From: an uncultured Planctomycetaceae bacterium
Lineage (GTDB): Bacteria > Planctomycetota > Planctomycetia > Planctomycetales > Planctomycetaceae
Reading direction: 5' to 3'
Length of the DNA stretch: 64,000 nt
NCBI GenBank assembly: GCA_963815195.1
Contig: CAWFGE010000013.1
Span: 736,001 to 800,000 of the forward strand
The stretch's first letter is position 1. Every line of letters starts with the position of its first letter. This document shows, in pieces, positions 42,201 to 53,047 of this stretch. The notes beneath the pieces are model-generated. The model had not been told where the DNA came from. It worked only from the letters and a program-made list of their open reading frames with translations, and did no database searches. Position numbers and translations under genes: made by a program.

Positions 42201-43044
42201 CCACACGCCGACTGCGGTGAATGGGCTGTTTCAGAAATTGAGCAAGTCCTATACGCCGGAATCCCGGCTGGAGATTCTCGCGGCTTTGATGCGGCTCTAT
42301 TACAAGGAAGGCGAATACAAAGCCGGCTGGTGGGGCACTCGCCCGGACACCACGGGGCCTTATTACGATCGGCAAACCTGGTCCGAAAGTCAAAGGATTG
42401 CCGACGCTTTGAAAGTCGCCCTTTCGGAAGCCGACAAAACCATGTCCGAAAAAATCCAACAGGAGTTGGCCCGGCATCATGTCCAAATCGAAGGCTTGCC
42501 CAACCTGCTCGCCAGCCAAACCCCGGACGAGCCGGAAACCCCGATCGAACTCCCCAAGGTGGACGAGAACAACCCAAATCTCGTCGCCAACTTGCCCTAT
42601 GAGAAAGCCTTCGAGCGGACGCTTAAAACCAACGGCGACGCCGCGAAAGGGCAGGTGCTGTTTCGCAAGCAATCCTGCATCGCCTGCCACACGTATATCA
42701 ACGGCCAGAACCCCAAGGGGCCGCATTTGGTGGACATCGGCAAACGCTACAAAAAGGCGGAGCTGATCGAATCGATCCTCAAGCCCAGCGAAAAAATCGC
42801 CCAGGGGTTCGATACGTATTCGTTCCTGACCACAAGCGGCCAGGTGGTGACGGGCTTTGTCGTCAGCGAAAGTGCCGAGACGCTCACCCTCCGCGAAGCC
42901 AACGGCCTTTCCAAACAGATCCCGCAAAACGAAATCGACCAGCGCCTCAAACGCAAACTCTCCATGATGCCCCAAGGCATCGTGAACAACTTGACGCCCG
43001 AAGAGTTGGCGGACCTGATTGCGTATTTGCAGTCATTGAAGTAG
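39202..43044 (+). CDS. Large secreted multidomain protein: ThuA-like, F5/8 discoidin, sugar-dehydrogenase-like beta-propeller, HEAT repeats, c-type cytochrome (PVC-type heme-binding protein)
   Basis: ALLVTGGCCHDY...TTIGH; NAVDGDLRTRW; GIDGWIYIAVGD, GLRNIY; CIACH heme site, GPHL, SMMPQG. Confidence 0.88.
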   Translation: MRSAWLVFLMCLFCATARAAEPDNKAPEKKASKPIKALLVTGGCCHDYDRQKLILTKGISARANVEWTIVQQGGKTTNAKIPLYEDPNWAKGFDIVVHNECFSNVPDVEWVERILKPHREGVPAILIHCAMHCYRTGTDKWFEFVGMQSPGHGPHYSYTVENLKPEHPIMEGFGPRFVAPKGELYHSIKLWPSATALGQAKRQSDNQPQTCIWTNEYGKARVFCTTIGHYNETMAEPKYLDLVARGMLWALKRDPKKEFQPTTNKIDEEIKTLINAPVSSSSEKTSLLPQKCCGDGNLVTDRPTKASSEETGKKNFAKNAVDGDLRTRWCAAGASTGETWQVELAEPAHVRSLRIHWEKAGTAYCYKIDASKDGQTWSTIVDQSKNKKAAKITPHEVDVPDAKFLRVAFLGSSTGVWGSFWEFEAYTGDLPELPEGLIREAGDAPAASIADVEAPPGFDVKLFAKPPELNYPVCLTAAPTGELFVGVDEQGSLGKQPDRGKILRLIDRDGDGEAELINEFAKIDHPRGLIYDQGTLWVLHPPFLSVLHDDDLDGVSDRQETLITGISTDQVNKRGADHTTNGIRMGIDGWIYIAVGDFGFINAKGTDGKTLTHRGGGIVRVRPDGTEMELFCQGLRNIYDVSIDPYLNIFTRDNTNDGGGWDIRVSHILQSAHYGYPSLFKNFTDEIMPPLGDYGGGSGCGTMYFHDLRWPKKFGDALYTCDWGRSEVYVHNLPETPPTFAGHQDVFLKIPRPTDIDVDGSGRMYVSSWKNGKFDYSGPDVGFIAQITPSNFLPKPFPRLAEKSVPELIEYFASPSAAYRLHSQREILRRGRDPKTSEWLIVMAADAQAPTYARIAAIFTLGQLDGAESHPPLLKLAKNAKVREFALKALTDRKSQLQDVPAEPFVAALQDENPWVRAQALMSLGRLGKPEAAEKIIPLTTRSKDEPAPTKTPLWNQPDRGRVIPHLAVQALVKLGADEACLKALDGPNRAGALWALRYLHTPTAVNGLFQKLSKSYTPESRLEILAALMRLYYKEGEYKAGWWGTRPDTTGPYYDRQTWSESQRIADALKVALSEADKTMSEKIQQELARHHVQIEGLPNLLASQTPDEPETPIELPKVDENNPNLVANLPYEKAFERTLKTNGDAAKGQVLFRKQSCIACHTYINGQNPKGPHLVDIGKRYKKAELIESILKPSEKIAQGFDTYSFLTTSGQVVTGFVVSESAETLTLREANGLSKQIPQNEIDQRLKRKLSMMPQGIVNNLTPEELADLIAYLQSLK

Positions 43045-43115
43045 TTGGAAGGCCATAAAGGGGTAAAGGCTGCAAAGCAGAGGATTGAGGCTGAAAGACC
43101 TCTAAAGGAAAAAAA

Positions 43116-43270
43116 CCAGTGAGGGTGGCTGGGGCGCAAAGGAATGGATCAAGCGAACAACACGTTCCGAAAGCTGGGGCCATGGGAGTTATTCTCTCGC
43201 GTCCATCGCCCCAGTATTCGCTTGCGTAACTTTGTTCATAGAGGAATCTGCGCCCCAGCCACTCAACTGG
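43116..43270. repeat. MITE/REP-like element with 14-bp perfect inverted repeats
   Basis: GTGGCTGGGGCGCA (43125-43138) and TGCGCCCCAGCCAC (43249-43262). Confidence 0.7.
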
Positions 43271-43367
43271 CTTACAGTTTAAGTAACGGAAAAACCGGGG
43301 CTAGCGCCCTGCGGCTAATGAATGTGATAGTTATTTATCGAACGCACAAAATAAGGACACATCTCCC

Positions 43368-43877
43368 ATGACCGATACCGAACTGACTCCCGAAGAACGC
43401 GAAGCCATCGGACAGGTTTTAGGGCGGACGCCGAGCGGGGTGTTTATTCTGACGGCGACGGACGGCGGCGGGCGCTTTACCGGGATGCTCGCCAGTTGGG
43501 TGCAGCAGGCGGCGTTCGAACCGCCCGCGCTCACGGTGGCCGTCAATGCCAAACGGTATTTGAACGATTGGCTCAAAGCCTCGCCCAAGGCGGCGCTCAA
43601 TCTCATTGGCGACGGGCAGCATCGCTTCTTAAAACACTTCGGCCGCGGCTTCGAACCCGACCAGCCCGCGTTCGAGGATGTCAAAACGGAAACAAGCCAA
43701 CTCGGCCTCCCCGTCTTGACCGAAGCCTTGGGCTACCTGGAAGGCCAGATCACCGCCCACATGGAAGCCGGCGACCACATCGTGTATCTCTTAGAGGTCC
43801 AACACGCCCGTGCCGGCGAGAGCCTGAAGGACGGCAAACCGATGGTCCACATCCGCAAAAACGGCTTTGGGTATTGA
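43368..43877 (+). CDS. Flavin reductase family protein
   Basis: PSGVFILT, MLASWVQQAAFEPP, AGDHIVYL. Confidence 0.9.
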   Translation: MTDTELTPEEREAIGQVLGRTPSGVFILTATDGGGRFTGMLASWVQQAAFEPPALTVAVNAKRYLNDWLKASPKAALNLIGDGQHRFLKHFGRGFEPDQPAFEDVKTETSQLGLPVLTEALGYLEGQITAHMEAGDHIVYLLEVQHARAGESLKDGKPMVHIRKNGFGY

Positions 43878-44046
43878 ACTCGGCAGCTAAACGACAAAAG
43901 AGAGCCCAATCCGCACTCAATCGAGTCGGCATTTTTGCACTGTTTCCCCTCATTGGATGGCCGGCACAGTCGGCCTTACACTGACTTCCCGTCGTCGCTG
44001 CGAGCTTGTCACGTTCATTCGCCAATCGCTTTGGTCAAGGTCATCC

Positions 44047-45440
44047 ATGAAATTCACCTTTTTAGGCGCGGCCGGGGAAGTCACCGGCAGTCAGCATTTG
44101 TTGGAGACCGGGACCTTGCGGATCCTGCTCGACTGCGGGTTTTTTCAGGGACGGCGGGCGGAGACTTATAGCCGGAATGCGAAGTTTCACTGTGATCCCA
44201 AGCATCTGGACGGGGTGATTCTTTCCCATGCGCATATCGACCACTGCGGAAACTTGCCGGGGCTGTATAAGGCGGGGTTTCGGGGGCCGATTTTTTCACG
44301 CGGGCGACGATGGACGTGGCGGACATCATGCTGCGGGACAGCGCGGGGATTCAACAGGAAGATGCGAAGTATCTCGCGAAGCATCATGGCAAGGATGCCC
44401 CGCCGATCACCCCTCTCTATGAGGAAAAGCACGTCCGCAAAGTCATGCATCAGTTCGAGCCTTTGGACTATCACGAATGGCACGACCTGTCGCCGGCATT
44501 TCGGCTCAGGTTTTCCGATGCGGGGCATATTCTCGGGTCGGCCATCACCGAAATGCACATCGAAGACGCCGGGGACATGCGGCGGGTGGTGTTCACGGGC
44601 GACTTGGGACGGAGGCATTTGCCCGTGCTCCGCGATCCGGAAATCGTGCCCGGCTGCGATATTTTGATCAGCGAATCGACCTACGGCAACCGCCTGCATC
44701 CGCCGGCCGAGAACCTCAAGGAGGAATTGCTCCGCATCATTACCCACGCCGCGAACGAAGGCGGCAAAGTCGTGATCCCCGCCTTCAGTCTGGGGCGGAC
44801 GCAGAACATCATTTATTACCTCAACGAACTCAGCGAAACCGGCCGGCTCCCGCAGATCCCCGTGTATGTGGACAGCCCGCTTTCGCATAAGCTGACGATG
44901 GTCTTCCGGGCCCATCAAGACATCATGGATGCCGAGGCCCAGCGGATGCTGCACGTCGATGAGGACCTGTTCGGCTTTCCGATGCTGCAAACGATCCGCT
45001 CGGTGCAGGAGAGCGCCGAACTCAATCGGCTGCCGGGACCGTTCGTGGTGATCTCCGCGAGCGGGATGTGCGAAAACGGCCGGGTCCGGCATCATCTCAA
45101 GCACTCGTTAGGCGATGAGAAAAACACCATCGTCCTGATCGGTTTTCAAGCGCAGCACACCCTCGGCCGCAGGCTGCTCGAAGGCCAATCGCCCGTCAAG
45201 ATTTTCGACCGTCTGATCCCGGTGCGGGCGAAGATTGAAGTCTTGAATGGTCTCTCCGCCCACGCGGACGCCGAGGATTTCAAGTGGTGGTTTGAAGGCC
45301 TGGCTTCAGAAGGCGGGATCGGGCAGGCATTTCTGGTGCACGGCGAACCCGAGGCGGCGGAAGCGTTGTCCCACCTGATCCGCGACTGCTGCGACGAGGA
45401 TCCCATCATCCCCCAATACCGCCAATCGTTCGAGGTGTGA
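44047..45440 (+). CDS. MBL-fold beta-CASP RNA-processing metallo-hydrolase (frameshift near 44296)
   Basis: [57 protein letters not shown]. Confidence 0.92.
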
Positions 45441-45494
45441 CGGGGCATTTATCAGCCGTTGGGCGCTGGCGCACGGTTGGTTCTCGATGGATCC

Positions 45495-45908
45495 CTACTT
45501 GCTCATCGGAAAACCGTCGGGGCCGAACTGCACGGTGTGCATGGTATCGACCTGGCCGGACTGTTCGGCGGGCGGCTCGGCCTTTCCGTCCTGTGAAGGC
45601 TTGGCGGTTTCGACTTCGCCGACCTCGACGCCGGCGGCTTTGAGTTTTTCGCGGGCGAAGTTTCCGACGCCCCGCAGCTCGCCGATTTTGCTGCGGGCGT
45701 TGTCCACATCCTGGCGGACATCGTCGAGCAGGGCCTGGTACTGGTCGTAGGTCACTTTTCCGTTCCCGTTCCCGCTCTCGTCGGCGTCGGCATCCATCTT
45801 CCGCTGCACGTAGCGTTCGATGCCGTGCAGTTCGGAAACCGATTGCTCGACGTCGGCGAGATCCTTTTGAACATCCTCCAAAACCTGCCGGTAATAATCG
45901 TTATTCAT
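45495..45908 (-). CDS. Hypothetical coiled-coil protein with an internal duplication
   Basis: YRQVLEDVQKDLADVEQSVSELHGIERYVQRKM versus YQALLDDVRQDVDNARSKIGELRGVGNFAREKL; GGAG upstream of the ATG. Confidence 0.75.
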   Translation of the reverse strand: MNNDYYRQVLEDVQKDLADVEQSVSELHGIERYVQRKMDADADESGNGNGKVTYDQYQALLDDVRQDVDNARSKIGELRGVGNFAREKLKAAGVEVGEVETAKPSQDGKAEPPAEQSGQVDTMHTVQFGPDGFPMSK

Positions 45909-46110
45909 GGCGGGACTCCTCGCTGGAAAAACTTCGACTCATTCCCCAATTGACTATACGGACCAATCCCCCGGAGTGCAACGCTTTCCCAAAACGGTCG
46001 GGGGCGATTTTCGGTTTGGAATTGAATTTCCCGCGCGGGATGGGCATTCTATTATGTGACCCGTCGCGAGTCTCTTTTCACTTCTTGGGCCAAGCCAGCA
46101 GGAACACGTC

Positions 46111-47214
46111 ATGGAACCCGAAAACGCCAATCTGTCCGAAGGTCAAAACGCTCCCAGCACGTCCGCCAACGCCGCGCCGGCCGAAAAGCCGCCCCGTTCC
46201 AAATTGGAGCGGGCTCTTGTGTGGACGGGGATCGGGCTTTTGCTGATTTTCGCCGGGGTGGAAGCCTTTTCTCAATATGCTTACACGAAAACCCTTGAGG
46301 ATCTGGAGACGGCGATCAACGAGGCGAAAAAGCCGCTGACCCTGGACGATTTCGACGGCGGGATTCGCCAGGGGCTGCCCATCGTCAGTGCCGGCGATCG
46401 GGGCGGAGAGAAAACCATCGTCTACAAATGGCCCAGCCTGCTCCGGCAGTATGAACTCCATCTGACCGCAAAGCCCGGCAAGGAGCAAATCCTCGTGACT
46501 TATTCCACCGGCGACGGCCCCGGAGCTTTGATCGGCCAGCCCGGCAACCCGGACGAATCGGCCAACGACGAAGAAGGGGGAGCGCCGGGAGGACCTCCCG
46601 CGCACGGTGACGGAGCGGCGGGCGGCGGACCTGGAGGCGGCGGCGGACCTGGCGGCGGCGGCGGACGGCGCGGCCGGGGCAACCCCTTGCAGCGGTTGGT
46701 GGGCGAATCCCTGCAATCGGAACTCCAGCTTTCCGACGACCAAAAGACGCAAATCGAAGACCTGATCGAAAGCCAGCAGTCCGCCCCCATGCCGGATCTC
46801 ACTCCCGAACAACGGGCGGACCAAGCCGAGACCCGCCGGAAAGAAGCCCAGGCGAAGCTCCAGGAGATTCTGAACGAGAAGCAATTCACGCGGGCTCGTC
46901 AAATTCTGCTCCACGCCCGCGGGACCGAAGCTCTGACCCAAGAGGACGTGGCCGGCGAACTCAAGCTCACCGACGAGCAGCGCGAGAAAATCGCCGCGAT
47001 CATCACCAGCGGCCAGGAAAAACGGCGGGAATTGTTCCAGAAGGCCCAAAGCGGCGAGATCGAACGCAGCGAAATCCGGCCAAAGATGACGGAAATGCAA
47101 ACGCAGACGGACCAAGACGTTCTCGCGTTACTCACGGACGACCAAAAGCAGGCTTGGGAGAAACTCTTGGGTCCCGCCCCGCCGGAACCCGAACGCGGCC
47201 CGCGCGGGCAATAA
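46111..47214 (+). CDS. Membrane-anchored protein with Gly-rich linker and LTxxQ (Spy/CpxP-like) helical repeats
   Basis: One TM; GGGPGGGGGPGGGGG; LSDDQ, LTPEQ, LNEKQ, LTDEQ, LTDDQ. Confidence 0.75.
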   Translation: MEPENANLSEGQNAPSTSANAAPAEKPPRSKLERALVWTGIGLLLIFAGVEAFSQYAYTKTLEDLETAINEAKKPLTLDDFDGGIRQGLPIVSAGDRGGEKTIVYKWPSLLRQYELHLTAKPGKEQILVTYSTGDGPGALIGQPGNPDESANDEEGGAPGGPPAHGDGAAGGGPGGGGGPGGGGGRRGRGNPLQRLVGESLQSELQLSDDQKTQIEDLIESQQSAPMPDLTPEQRADQAETRRKEAQAKLQEILNEKQFTRARQILLHARGTEALTQEDVAGELKLTDEQREKIAAIITSGQEKRRELFQKAQSGEIERSEIRPKMTEMQTQTDQDVLALLTDDQKQAWEKLLGPAPPEPERGPRGQ

Positions 47215-47286
47215 CGTCGGAATCGCTCATCCCGTAGCGGGGGCTTTTAGCCGCCGAGATCGATCGACGGGGGCCAGATGCCGCCG

Positions 47287-48033
47287 CTACGTTTTGCCTT
47301 GGCCGGCGGCGATGGCGTCGGCGACGGAAATGCTGCCTTCGTAAAGAGCGCGGCCGATAATGGCTCCGATCAATTTGGGATGTTCCCGGCTGGTCTCTGC
47401 GAGCCGGCGCACATCCTCCAAATGGCTCACGCCACCGCTGGCGATCACCGGAAAACCGAGCTTCGTCAGCTCCACCATGTCGCCGATGGTGGCCTCGTCG
47501 ATGCCTTGCATCATGCCATCGTTCGCGATGTTCGTATAAATTACGGCCGCGAGAGAGAGCCCCTGGTAGGATCCGGCCAACTCGATCGCGGGGGTTTGCG
47601 AGACGTCCAGCCAGCCGCCGGTGGCGACCTTGGAATCCTTGGCGTCCAAGCCCAGCGCGATTCGGCCGGGAAAGCGGGCGGTCATTTCGCGGAACCAGTC
47701 GGGCTGCTTGAGGGCCTGGGTGCCGACGATCGCCCGGTCCAGCCCGATTTTTTCGAGAATGGTTTCGAGTCCCTGTTCCGTCCGCAGTCCGCCGCCGAGT
47801 TGGCAGGGAATGGAAACGGCCCGGGCGATGGATTCGATCACGCCCAGGTTGACCGGTTCGCCGGCGCGGGCTCCATCCAGATCGACGAGGTGCAGCCGCT
47901 GGGCCCCTTCGTCCGCCCAGCGCTTGGCCATCTCGACGGGATCATCGCCGAACACGGTTTCCTGATCGTAGTCGCCCTGGCGGAGCCGGACACACTTTCC
48001 GCCCCGAATATCAATCGCCGGCAGGATTTGCAT
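47287..48033 (-). CDS. hisA: ProFAR isomerase
   Basis: [48 protein letters not shown]. Confidence 0.96.
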   Translation of the reverse strand: MQILPAIDIRGGKCVRLRQGDYDQETVFGDDPVEMAKRWADEGAQRLHLVDLDGARAGEPVNLGVIESIARAVSIPCQLGGGLRTEQGLETILEKIGLDRAIVGTQALKQPDWFREMTARFPGRIALGLDAKDSKVATGGWLDVSQTPAIELAGSYQGLSLAAVIYTNIANDGMMQGIDEATIGDMVELTKLGFPVIASGGVSHLEDVRRLAETSREHPKLIGAIIGRALYEGSISVADAIAAGQGKT

Positions 48034-48224
48034 GGTGGTTTCACTTTGTCATTGGTCCTGACCCGGCCGCTACCACGGCTCGCATCGCCGGACCACCTTG
48101 AAAACGAATGAGTTCTTCTTTGAGCGGCACGGCGCTAGCCGCCGGTCTTTCCAATTCGAAAGACCGGCGGCTAGCGCCTTGCCGCTCACTTATTTCTCGA
48201 ACGATTGTAAGCGGTTTTCGCGGC

Positions 48225-48830
48225 TCACAGTTCCGCGAAGTTCTGGAGGAGCTTTAGGCCGAGGTGTTGGCTTTTTTCCGGGTGGAATTGCGTGGCAAAC
48301 AGGTTGTCCCGCGCGATCATCGACACGAACGATTGGCCGTGCGTCGTGCGGGCGGCCACGAGGGATTCATCTCTGGGCACCACATGATAACTATGCACGA
48401 AGTAAAAGTGCGAGCCGTCGGGAATGTCTTTGAGCAAAACCGGCTGCCCCGCAATCTCCAACTGGTTCCAGCCCATGTGGGGGATTTTGAGGCCGGGCCG
48501 ATCCTGAAGCCGGACCACTTCGCCCGGCACCACGCCCAGGCCTTCCCATTCCCCATCTTCGTAACTGACATCGAACAACAACTGCAGGCCCAGGCAGATG
48601 CCCAAAAACGGCTTGCCCGCGGCGATGTGGTCTGTGACCGGGGCGACCATCCTCTGTTTTTTGAGTTCGGCGATGGCGTCCCGAAAAGCACCCACGCCGG
48701 GGAGCACGAGTTTCTCGGCCTGAGCGATTTCCGCGGGGGACTGGGAAATCTCCGCGGGCACGCCGAGCTTCTGAAACGCCTTTTGCACGCTCCGCAGATT
48801 GCCCATGCCGTAATCGACGATCGTAATCAT
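48225..48830 (-). CDS. hisH: Imidazole glycerol phosphate synthase glutaminase subunit
   Basis: [42 protein letters not shown]. Confidence 0.97.
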   Translation of the reverse strand: MITIVDYGMGNLRSVQKAFQKLGVPAEISQSPAEIAQAEKLVLPGVGAFRDAIAELKKQRMVAPVTDHIAAGKPFLGICLGLQLLFDVSYEDGEWEGLGVVPGEVVRLQDRPGLKIPHMGWNQLEIAGQPVLLKDIPDGSHFYFVHSYHVVPRDESLVAARTTHGQSFVSMIARDNLFATQFHPEKSQHLGLKLLQNFAEL

Positions 48831-48862
48831 CTTCGCTGCATTTGACCTTTTTGATGAAAAGT

Positions 48863-50266
48863 TTAATCCGGCCAGCCGGTCGCGTTGTCGCGGTTGCGCC
48901 AGCGTTCTTCAAATATCATACCCTGCGCCGCCGCCTCGCCGGGCCATTCGTGGGTCGTCGTCCATTGCTGCCGGTCGCGTTCGACGACTTCTCCTGCAAG
49001 GTACGTTAGGGTGTCGGCCGAGGTCCAGACTTCGGCCCATTCCATTTCCGGTTCGGGATAAAGCGGAATGCCCAGAAGCCGCTTGATGAGTTGAATAAAA
49101 AACAGGGCCGGGATCATCAATAGCAAGAGCGCCAGGCCCATCAAAAGCACGAGGGGGCCCGCGGAAAACCACCGCCCCACGATCGGCCACATCCATTTCC
49201 AGCACAGAACCACAACGAGGGCGCTGAAGCTGAGATACGGCCCGTAGGGAATGTGCATTTCCACAAGCCGGGATTTGCTGAACAGCGAAATCCCCCAGCG
49301 GATGCCGGTGACGAGCATCGCGAAAAACGGCGCAATGAAAAACGCGACCAGCGTGGGCTGCCAGCCGAGAAAGCTGCCCACGAGGGCCATCAGAATCACG
49401 TCGCCGAAGCCCATCGCTTCCCGCCGGAGCGTCAAAAACCCCGCGAGCCGGACGCCCCACACCAACCCGCCGCCAATGACAATCCCCGCCGCGCTCACCG
49501 CCAACCCGTTTAGGTGGGGAAACTCCAAGGTCCACGCGGGCACCTGCAAACCGTGAAGGCCGAAGGTTCGCACGCCGGGAAAAACCGGCCTCGGCGGCGC
49601 GACCATTTCACCAAACAGGTTCTGCGCCGATTCCGGCGCATAAAACGCGAGGGCGGGATCCTGAAACCACACCGGCACGAGATACAACTGTCCGAACGCG
49701 GCCGCCCCGATCAGTCCGACCACCATCGCCGGCAGCGTCGAGCCGTCGGGAATTGTCATCGTGTCCAGGTCGATCAAACTCGCGGCGAACAACGCTTCCA
49801 ATAAGACCAAATGATAGAAATACCGCACGTGCAAAATTTGAACCTCGGCCAGTCCGCCCGCCAACTGGGGTCCCAACGGCGACCACGCGGAGCTTTCCCA
49901 GATCCGCGTCGAAAACTCGTGCGGCAGTTCCAGCCAATACACCACCACAAACAACATCCCGTTCAAAAACTCGACCAGCGGATAGCGGACGGAAATCCGG
50001 CCCCGGCAATGTCGGCAGCGGCCTTTCAGCCTGAGCCAGCCGATGATTGGGATGTTGTCCGACTTGCGGATCGGCGTTTTGCAGCGCGGACAATGCGAAC
50101 CCGGCGAGACCAGCCCGCGGAGTTGATCCCAGAGCCGCTCGTGCTGCGGAATGCGGTAAACGCAGACGTTCAAAAAACTGCCCAGCACCGAACCCAGGAC
50201 AAACAGCCACATCAAGATCAACCAGAACACCACGTCCTGGGGAATCAGGCTCTCGAAGGCGATCAC
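48863..50266 (-). CDS. Prepilin peptidase (A24) with insertions
   Basis: [54 protein letters not shown] overlap with the aroK stop. Confidence 0.9.
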   Translation of the reverse strand: MIAFESLIPQDVVFWLILMWLFVLGSVLGSFLNVCVYRIPQHERLWDQLRGLVSPGSHCPRCKTPIRKSDNIPIIGWLRLKGRCRHCRGRISVRYPLVEFLNGMLFVVVYWLELPHEFSTRIWESSAWSPLGPQLAGGLAEVQILHVRYFYHLVLLEALFAASLIDLDTMTIPDGSTLPAMVVGLIGAAAFGQLYLVPVWFQDPALAFYAPESAQNLFGEMVAPPRPVFPGVRTFGLHGLQVPAWTLEFPHLNGLAVSAAGIVIGGGLVWGVRLAGFLTLRREAMGFGDVILMALVGSFLGWQPTLVAFFIAPFFAMLVTGIRWGISLFSKSRLVEMHIPYGPYLSFSALVVVLCWKWMWPIVGRWFSAGPLVLLMGLALLLLMIPALFFIQLIKRLLGIPLYPEPEMEWAEVWTSADTLTYLAGEVVERDRQQWTTTHEWPGEAAAQGMIFEERWRNRDNATGWPD

Positions 50267-50802
50267 TCGGCCGACCCCTCCACTTCCCAGGACACCGCCC
50301 AATCGGCAACGGTTCGGGCCAATTCTTCGGGAGTCTTCGCGTCCACGTCCAGCACGCGGTGGGCACATTCGCGGTACAGCGGCTCCCGCTCGGCAAGGAG
50401 CGTCTCAATTTCCGCGCGGCCGCCGCCTGCGGTGAGGTTCGGCCGGCGGTCCGTTGTCGTGGGGTCCTGAAAAATCCGCTCCGCCAAGGTGCCAACGCTC
50501 GCCCTGAGCCACACGACCAATCCCGCGGACCGCATCCGCGCCCGCGTCTCTGCGTTCAAAATCGCCCCGCCGCCCGCTGCGATAATCGAGCGGTCCCGCG
50601 AAAGCAAATCCGCCAGCACCCGCCGCTCCCAGTCGCGAAACACCGCTTCGCCGTCGTCGGCGAAAAGTTCCCGAATGCTCTTTCCCGCGGCCCGTTCGAT
50701 CTCCACGTCGGCATCGATCCAATCCCAACCGAGCAACTTCGCCAACGGAGCCGCCAGCGTGCTTTTCCCGCTTCCGCGATAACCGATCAACGTAATGACC
50801 AT
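50263..50802 (-). CDS. aroK: Shikimate kinase
   Basis: LIGYRGSGKST, DADVEIE, GEAVFRDWE, GGG, RPNL, REPLY. Confidence 0.94.
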   Translation of the reverse strand: MVITLIGYRGSGKSTLAAPLAKLLGWDWIDADVEIERAAGKSIRELFADDGEAVFRDWERRVLADLLSRDRSIIAAGGGAILNAETRARMRSAGLVVWLRASVGTLAERIFQDPTTTDRRPNLTAGGGRAEIETLLAEREPLYRECAHRVLDVDAKTPEELARTVADWAVSWEVEGSAE

Positions 50803-51031
50803 AACGGGACAACACTGCTGCGAAACTCGGACAAAACCCCCGGCCGATGCCTTGTGTTGTGAATAACGCCTGCCCCCGAATCCGTCAACGCTCCCCCGGA
50901 CTTTTCCCTCGCTTCTCGAGGCAGCAACGCGTTCCCTTTTCGATGACAGCGGCGTCATCGCAGCCAGTTCAAGCGTCAAGCCTGTCGTCCCCTTTGTGGC
51001 TTTTGCCCCTCTGTGGCCTTTGTGGCCTTCG

Positions 51032-53047
51032 TCATTCCGCAATCTGCCACGTGCGAAGGACCGCGGCGGATTGCTTCAGGTCGGACGCATCGGCGCGATC
51101 GAGTTGCAGGATCAACTTGCTGTCGGGCGACAACGTCGCGGCGTAAGACGCCACCGGCAGGGATTCGCCCAAAATGGCGACGCGGGTGAAGTCGGAATCC
51201 TGCCAGACAAGAGGCCGGCGTCCGGGGCCGCTCGCCATCACATATTGCCCGCTGGAGGAATAGGCCACGTGCTGCATCACGTTCGTTTCGCCGAGAAACG
51301 CCGGCAAGAGTTTCGCATCCAAGAGCCGGCCATCGACGGCGTAGCGCCGGACGTTGTTTTCATTGATGACCGCCATCACGGAGCGGTCGGGGGAAATCGC
51401 AAACGCGGGGTGTGCCGTCTGTGCGTTGCCCGCGTCCACATAGCCGATCCGCGTGCCCGCCTGCAGGTTCCAACTCATCACGCCGTCGGGTTCGCCCAGG
51501 GCTCCCAAAAAGAGCACATCCGGAACGGGAGCAAAGCCGATCGATGTCAAAATCGCCGGGGCCATGCTGCGTTGGAACTTCGACTGCCCGTCGCTGACGG
51601 TCCACACAAATACGGCGTCCTGGTTGATGGCCGCCGCCAATTTGCCGTCGGCGGAAAACGCCACGCCTTTCACCTGAACCTTCTCCTGCCCCGGCGGGAT
51701 CGACAAGAGCAACGATTGCTCCAGCTTGCCGGTTTCCACATTCCAGATTTGAAGCGTCCCCCCCTTTGCTTCGGGCAACTGCACCTGGGCCGTCGCAATC
51801 ATCTCGCCGTCGGGCGAGAACGCCATCGCCTGAAAATCGCCCGAAAGCAGCGAGAGAGTCTGCACCGCTTTGCCCGTGGCCGTGTCCCAGATCGTTACGT
51901 CAAATGTCTTTTCCGGATCGCCGGAATTGCTGCTGAGCCGCTCCGCCGCCACGCGGGTCGCATCGGCCGAGAACACCGCGTATTGGGGCGAGACCGTCTC
52001 GCCCGCCAGATGCAAATAGCCGGTCTGCTTCGCAATGGGGAACCCGTTGATCGTCGTGGGCTTCGGCGGAGGCTGCGGAGCGGGTTCGGGCTGCGGCTCT
52101 TCGATCGGGGTCTCCGTCCGCCGCGCGGAATCGAGCGGCGTCGAGCCGTGTCCGTCCAAAGGCGACCCGGCACCACCCCCGGACGCCAGCGGGTCGGTCG
52201 CTAACGGGTCGGGCACAGGATCGGCGCTCGCCACCGAGTCCTCTTCCATCCCCACGTGGATGATCTTGTCGAGCTTGGCTTCGACCGTGAACGTCTGCCT
52301 GCTGAGCACGTCCAGACCCCGCCGAGTTTCCAGCTTGTGCTCGCCCGGCTTGTAGCGGTCGAGCGGTTTTTCGAAATCGCTCGCAGGCAAGAGCTCGCCG
52401 TCGACGAAAACCGTCAAGTCCGGCTTGTCGAGGATGAAGGTGACGGTGCCTTCGCCGCCCGGCCAGAAAATCAGCTTGATGATCCAAATCACGGCGAATA
52501 GACACGCCGTCCCCAGCGCCGCCACGCCGAGCCGCCAACCAAAATAGTCCGCCTTTTTGCGTTCTTCCTCCAGCTTCTTGAAAAGCTGCCGAGCCCGGCG
52601 ATCTTTGGGCGTAAGCTCCAAAAGCGCCGCGACGGCATCGTAGAACTCGTCGGTGTCCGTCTCCTTGCGGTACAGCCCCTGGTCGATTTGCTCGTTGAGC
52701 TTCATCACCTTCTTGTTCGCGCGGACGGCCTCTCTCAAAAGCTCCTCGGCCGCGGAGGTCCGGCTGCCCCGCTTAAACTTTTCGAGCAGTTCTACCGCCG
52801 CCGCATAGTTGCAATCGTCGAAAAGCTGCTCGGCCAGCCGGTAGGCATCCTGGCATTCGCTGCGGGCCCTTTGCAACAGGCCCTTGACCTTGGGGATCTG
52901 CTCGCGCACCCAGCGGGCGTGCTCGCCGACCTTGGGCGACCGCTGCCGCGCGAGCCCCTCGAGCACCGCCAGGGCGTCTGCATAATAGCCGTCCTGGATC
53001 AACGTTTGGGCTTGCTCGCGCTTTTCTTGGACCGTGGCGGGTTCCAC
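51032..53047 (-). CDS. Membrane protein: helical cytoplasmic region, TM, Pro-rich linker, WD40-like beta-propeller
   Basis: TM LGVAALGTACLFAVIWII; PEPAPQPPPKP; IWDTATGK, AFSPDG, IWNVETGK, AFSADGK. Confidence 0.8.
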   Translation of the reverse strand: MEPATVQEKREQAQTLIQDGYYADALAVLEGLARQRSPKVGEHARWVREQIPKVKGLLQRARSECQDAYRLAEQLFDDCNYAAAVELLEKFKRGSRTSAAEELLREAVRANKKVMKLNEQIDQGLYRKETDTDEFYDAVAALLELTPKDRRARQLFKKLEEERKKADYFGWRLGVAALGTACLFAVIWIIKLIFWPGGEGTVTFILDKPDLTVFVDGELLPASDFEKPLDRYKPGEHKLETRRGLDVLSRQTFTVEAKLDKIIHVGMEEDSVASADPVPDPLATDPLASGGGAGSPLDGHGSTPLDSARRTETPIEEPQPEPAPQPPPKPTTINGFPIAKQTGYLHLAGETVSPQYAVFSADATRVAAERLSSNSGDPEKTFDVTIWDTATGKAVQTLSLLSGDFQAMAFSPDGEMIATAQVQLPEAKGGTLQIWNVETGKLEQSLLLSIPPGQEKVQVKGVAFSADGKLAAAINQDAVFVWTVSDGQSKFQRSMAPAILTSIGFAPVPDVLFLGALGEPDGVMSWNLQAGTRIGYVDAGNAQTAHPAFAISPDRSVMAVINENNVRRYAVDGRLLDAKLLPAFLGETNVMQHVAYSSSGQYVMASGPGRRPLVWQDSDFTRVAILGESLPVASYAATLSPDSKLILQLDRADASDLKQSAAVLRTWQIAE

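Noticed and set aside
46620..46665. GGCGGC-rich DNA repeat
   Set aside because: It simply encodes the Gly-rich linker of the 46111..47214 protein
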